From Sulfuritalea hydrogenivorans sk43H (lineage in GTDB: Bacteria; Pseudomonadota; Gammaproteobacteria; Burkholderiales; Rhodocyclaceae), in assembly GCA_945870205.1 (NCBI GenBank), contig CAMBRI010000009.1, positions 6,287 through 30,286 on the forward strand: a stretch of DNA of 24,000 nucleotides, read 5' to 3'. Under the pieces are notes generated by a model, which saw nothing but the letters and a program-made list of their open reading frames with translations, ran no database searches and was not told the DNA's origin. The translations under genes were made by a program, and so were the position numbers. Positions 20,429-24,000 of this stretch are shown here, piece by piece (the stretch's first letter is position 1; the number at the start of each line of letters is the position of its first letter).

Positions 20429-22447
20429 ATGGCCCAGCCAGATCACCATCCAGCACTTTCGCCCGAGCCGCCGGCGCCCTTCGACCCAGGGCGCACGACG
20501 ACGGTCGGCGCCCTGGGCGCGGGCGAGATTCTGCTGCCGGACTTCGTTGTCCGCGACGCAAGCGGCGTGATGGTAGACGCCGGCAAGATGGTGGGCCTGG
20601 GCGAAATGCAACGCCTAGTTGATCGGGTATTCACGGCGGGCTCCTTCTTCGTCGGTCTCGACTATGCCGCCCTGTCGCAACTGCTTTATCCGCCCGCGGC
20701 CGCGGTGCCCCTGAGCGCCCGCGCGGAGGCGGGCATGGTGCGCATCGCCGACGGCATTGCCCCGTTCACGGACGAGCGGCGCGAACTGTACAAGGCAGCG
20801 AAGCCCGCCGACAGCGGTGCCCGCATCGAATATGTTTTTTCGCCAGTACGTTTCGAGCGCATCGTTGAAGTGCCCATCTTCGGCGATGTGGATGCGGACG
20901 GCCAACCGATCCTGACCGGCTACGACAAACAGGTTCGCTACGAGCCGACCATGCTGAATGTCGACGAATTTGTCGCCGCCATGTGGGCCCGGGGCATTCG
21001 CAGCGGCATCGATATCGCCGCCGTGCGTGCCGCCATCGCTTCGGGACGCGACGAGCGCGTGGACATCGCACGACGTCTGGATCCCAAGCCCGGCACCGAT
21101 GCGACGGTGCAGGAACAGACCGAGGCCCTGCATCGTGATGATTCACCGTCCATCCTGCCCAGCGGCAAGGTCGATCTGAGTCATTTCAAGAACCATTTCC
21201 CGCAGGTATCGGCCGGCACCTGCCTGCTCAAAAAGCAGCCCAGAAACCTTGGCGTACCGGGCCTGGACACCGACGGCACGGTGCTGGAAGCCGCCCTGCC
21301 GCGCGACTTCGAGCTGGAAGAGCTGGCCGGTCTTGGCACCCGGATCGAGCGCACCGCCAAGGGCGAATTCCTGTTCGCGGCGCGCGATGGCTTCCTCAAC
21401 ATCGACACCAAATCGCATCAGATCTCGATTACCGAAAAGATCATCAATCGCGAGGGAGTAAGCCTGCGCACCACAGGCAACCTCACGCTGGCCGGAGACC
21501 AGTACGAAGAACACGGCGAGGTGCAGGAGCGCCGGGTGGTGGAAGGCAAGCACATGATCTTTCATGCCGACGTGTTCGGCGAGATCGTGTCGAATGGCGG
21601 ACACATTCATCTGCATGTCAATCTCGCCGGCGGCAAGGTGAGGAACACCGGAGGCCTGATCCAGATCGACGGCCGCGCTTCGCGTGCCGTGCTCGATGCG
21701 CGCAGCGGCGAAGTGCAGGCGAAGTATGCCGAAGGCAGCATCGTGATCGCCGGCAAGGTAAGGCTGGTCCGCGCGGTAGCCTGCGACATCGTCGCCGAAG
21801 ACGTCGAAATCGATGAAGCGATCGGCTGCACCATCGCGGCGCGGCGCATTCGCATTACCAGCGCCGGGGGGCGCCGGGGAACAGAAACGCTGCTTACGGT
21901 CTGCGTTCCCGACTTTGCCGCGCTCGACAAGCGGCGGACCGAATCGGGCAAGGAGATCGACAAATTGAAGCAGCGCATCGCCGCCAAGCAGGTGGTGCTC
22001 GACGAGCGCATGGCAACGGCCGAGATTCGAAAGTACATCACCGCGGACCGGCGGATTCGCTCCGGCGAACTCAAGCTGACGCCGGCCCAGGATGAGCAGT
22101 GGCACCACGCAACGCAGAAACTAGCCGGGGCCCTGTTCCAGATCCAGACCTTGCAGAAGGAAATCGAGGTGCTCAATGCGGGCCTTGCTGAACTCGACGA
22201 GCAACTGGAAGCCCTGAACACGCAAAGAGCCGCGGCAGGCGTCGATATTCGTTGCGAAGTAGCCAAGCTGACCGGCGATGTCGCGGTGCAGACCATGGCC
22301 ATTCCGCCCGATGCGGCTGTATTCGGCGACGCGGAAGTCGGCGAAATCAAGCACCGGCTGCGCGACACGCGCGTGGTGCGACAGCGACTGTTCCGCGGCG
22401 AATCCGGTCGCTTTGCGTGGACCTGGACGCCGCCGGCGACGAACTGA
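20429..22447 (+). CDS. DUF342/FapA-family protein (beta-helical core plus C-terminal coiled coil), function unknown
   Basis: 672-aa ORF whose central region follows the FapA/DUF342 pattern as I recall it (RRLDPKPGTDATV..., KVDLSHFKNHFPQVSAGTCLLKKQPRNLGVPGLDTDGTVLEAALPRD, LFAARDGFLNIDTKSHQISI). Repetitive G-x-V/I beta-helix-like strands follow, then a heptad-rich segment (KEIDKLKQRIAAKQ ... LQKEIEVLNAGLAELDEQLEALN). The start codon is uncertain because there is no clear SD. Confidence 0.65.
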   Translation: MAQPDHHPALSPEPPAPFDPGRTTTVGALGAGEILLPDFVVRDASGVMVDAGKMVGLGEMQRLVDRVFTAGSFFVGLDYAALSQLLYPPAAAVPLSARAEAGMVRIADGIAPFTDERRELYKAAKPADSGARIEYVFSPVRFERIVEVPIFGDVDADGQPILTGYDKQVRYEPTMLNVDEFVAAMWARGIRSGIDIAAVRAAIASGRDERVDIARRLDPKPGTDATVQEQTEALHRDDSPSILPSGKVDLSHFKNHFPQVSAGTCLLKKQPRNLGVPGLDTDGTVLEAALPRDFELEELAGLGTRIERTAKGEFLFAARDGFLNIDTKSHQISITEKIINREGVSLRTTGNLTLAGDQYEEHGEVQERRVVEGKHMIFHADVFGEIVSNGGHIHLHVNLAGGKVRNTGGLIQIDGRASRAVLDARSGEVQAKYAEGSIVIAGKVRLVRAVACDIVAEDVEIDEAIGCTIAARRIRITSAGGRRGTETLLTVCVPDFAALDKRRTESGKEIDKLKQRIAAKQVVLDERMATAEIRKYITADRRIRSGELKLTPAQDEQWHHATQKLAGALFQIQTLQKEIEVLNAGLAELDEQLEALNTQRAAAGVDIRCEVAKLTGDVAVQTMAIPPDAAVFGDAEVGEIKHRLRDTRVVRQRLFRGESGRFAWTWTPPATN

Positions 22448-22456
22448 ACCTAAATT

Positions 22457-22605
22457 CCTCACCACAGAGACACAGAGGCACAGAGAAAGCCAAAGAATCA
22501 ATGGCTTGCCGATTCGATACCCATCACCCCACGGGTGAGTGCATGAAACACGGCAAGCACTTGTTTTTCCTCTGTGTCCTCTGTGCCTCTGTGGTTCAAC
22601 TGAGG
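22457..22605. repeat. 149-bp nested palindromic extragenic element between two convergent stop codons
   Basis: The outer arms are CACAGAG-type 8-mers (22462-22485 vs 22569-22594, about 23 bp pairing with 1 mismatch and 1 bulge), closed by CCTCA/TGAGG. The middle stem is GCTTGCCG (22504-22511) with CGGCAAGC (22551-22558). The central hairpin is TCACCC-cac-GGGTGA (22524-22538). Confidence 0.6.
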
Positions 22606-22614
22606 TTTTAAGGA

Positions 22615-23109
22615 TCAATGCTTGGAACGGCGCCCGCTATCGAGCTTGCGCCACTGCCCGGGGCGCTTGGCCTTGTCCACCGCCGCCTTGGGCTTGGGCA
22701 CCAGCATGTTCCGGCCAGGGCCTTTCAGGAAGGTCCGGTGCGCCAGAATTGCGGCGCTCACCGTTTCCGTCGCCAGCCGGATCGCCGTGCCTTCGACCTT
22801 GGGTGCGTAGCCGGCAAGCTCCTGCTTGATGGCGAGCAGGCGTTCCGCGGGCTCGGCCTTTCGCTTGCGCGGCACTCCGGCCATGAACTCCATCGCTTCC
22901 GGGGTCAGCGTGAAACGGCCGGCCTCTTCGCTGATCAACCCGTTGGTGGACAGCCGCAGAAACGCCGCCGCCATATCCACGTCGAGTGGAATCGAGCCGT
23001 GCAGCAGGTCCGCCGCCGCCATGATTTCGGCGAGTTCCGCCGCGCGGCGCTTGGAAGCGAGCGCGGTCGCCATCAGAAGAAGTACATCCACATCATGGAT
23101 CGGGTGCAT
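22615..23109 (-). CDS. Hypothetical protein, possible winged-helix N-terminal domain and basic C-terminal tail
   Basis: 164-aa ORF with balanced composition, whereas the opposite-strand ORF is Arg-rich. AAGG lies 7 nt upstream of the ATG. The segment FLRLSTNGLISEEAGRFTLTPEA resembles a wHTH wing, and the C-terminus is Lys/Arg/Pro-rich. I recognised no family. Confidence 0.55.
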   Translation of the reverse strand: MHPIHDVDVLLLMATALASKRRAAELAEIMAAADLLHGSIPLDVDMAAAFLRLSTNGLISEEAGRFTLTPEAMEFMAGVPRKRKAEPAERLLAIKQELAGYAPKVEGTAIRLATETVSAAILAHRTFLKGPGRNMLVPKPKAAVDKAKRPGQWRKLDSGRRSKH

Positions 23110-23172
23110 GCAATAACCTTTGAATGAGACAAAACAGCCACTGCCTGGCAGCGGCGCGAGGGAACGCGCGAT

Positions 23173-23859
23173 CTAGGCCGACATGACGACCGGACCGCCC
23201 TTGGCGATGGCGCGCTGATAAGCGGGCCGGGCGACCATTCTGGCCTGGTAGGCCTGCAGCCGCGGATAGCGTCCGTTGCCGGCGCGCGACAGAGCGGCCT
23301 CGACGGCAAAACTCATCTGGAAATCCGCCACCGTCATCTGTTCGCCGGCAAACCACGCGTGCGTCGCCAGGTGCTCTTCCATGAATTTCATGGCCGTTGC
23401 CACGTTCGGGTCGACCAGTTTCGCCAGCACGCCGCTGCAGATCTTGCGCGCAATCGGCCGCACGAAAAACGGCATCGGCTGCTTCGGAATGCTCATGAAC
23501 ACCAGCTTCATCACCAGCCAGTTCATCAATGAGCCTTCGGCATAATGCATCCAGAAGCGGCACTGCCGGTACTGCGGCGTACCAGCAGCGGGTTGCAGGT
23601 TTGCCACGTCGCCCCGGCCCTGGTCGCCATAACGCTCAACCAGATATTCGAGTATCGCGCCCGACTCGGCAATCGTCAGGTCGCCGTCGCTAATCACTGG
23701 CGACTTGCCCAGCGGATGTACGGCGCGCAGTTCGGGCGGCGCCAGACGCGTAACCGGGTTGCGCTGGTAGCGCTTGATTTCGTAAGGCACGCCGAGCTCT
23801 TCGAGCAGCCACAGGACACGCTGCGAGCGCGAGGTTTCGAGATGATGGACGGTGATCAT
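23173..23859 (-). CDS. Glutathione S-transferase family protein
   Basis: The N-terminal thioredoxin-like GST domain is MITVHHLETSRSQRVLWLLEELGVPYEIKRYQR...HPLGKSPVISDGDLTIAESGAILEYL. I chose the start at ATG 23859 rather than the track start 23925. Confidence 0.85.
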   Translation of the reverse strand: MITVHHLETSRSQRVLWLLEELGVPYEIKRYQRNPVTRLAPPELRAVHPLGKSPVISDGDLTIAESGAILEYLVERYGDQGRGDVANLQPAAGTPQYRQCRFWMHYAEGSLMNWLVMKLVFMSIPKQPMPFFVRPIARKICSGVLAKLVDPNVATAMKFMEEHLATHAWFAGEQMTVADFQMSFAVEAALSRAGNGRYPRLQAYQARMVARPAYQRAIAKGGPVVMSA

Positions 23860-24000
23860 GCTGCCAAGTATAGACAGCGCTACCGACCGACGCCGGAAAA
23901 CATTCGCCGTTGGTCTCTGGCACATGGGCTGCCCCCCCGCATCGAAAGCCTATGGATCACGTGAAAACCGCATAATTGACCGCTTCACGCCATCGATGCA

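Noticed and set aside
21143-22108. 321-aa ORF antisense to the DUF342-like gene, and the 253-aa ORF 21607-22368
   Set aside because: Both have Arg/Ala-rich composition, whereas the plus-strand frame has the DUF342-like pattern and a coiled coil.
22618-23127. 169-aa plus-strand ORF opposite the 164-aa hypothetical gene
   Set aside because: It is very Arg/Gly/His-rich. The minus-strand frame has balanced composition and an RBS, so I called that one instead, with moderate confidence only.
23860-23925. 22-aa N-terminal extension of the GST ORF
   Set aside because: GSTs of this type start at the MITVHHL beta-strand, and the extension is Arg-rich with no homology pattern.

Overview
This is a GC-rich proteobacterial chromosomal window, probably betaproteobacterial (inference only). 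Most of it is ordinary core genes on both strands: a PAS-GGDEF-EAL protein, an NlpC/P60 lipoprotein, and a Zn-alcohol dehydrogenase abutting a divergent MetK. There are also two convergent paralogous hybrid sensor kinases, one with a c-type-haem CXXCH sensor domain and one Cache-like with two PAS domains. The rest is a beta-oxidation operon (tetR-fadE-fadI-fadJ ... yciA), a large DUF342/FapA-like protein, an orphan 164-aa protein and a GST. The most unusual feature is a 2.18-kb AT-richer islet (about 11797-13943) that separates fadJ from yciA. It is bounded by a diverged 33-bp direct repeat, and both copies encode the same FadJ C-terminal peptide (YTGGPMNYL) with mostly synonymous differences. 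The islet carries a wHTH-nucleotidyltransferase/HEPN gene pair (type VII TA-like) with a probable leaderless promoter. It also carries a 170-bp MITE-like element (17-bp terminal inverted repeats, 10-bp flanking direct repeats) and a possible ParE-like remnant. No integrase is present. Also visible are a roughly 3-kb tail-to-tail inverted duplication of kinase transmitter modules and several structured extragenic palindromic elements. I saw no rRNA, tRNA or CRISPR array. All family assignments come from motif recognition by eye, not from database searches.
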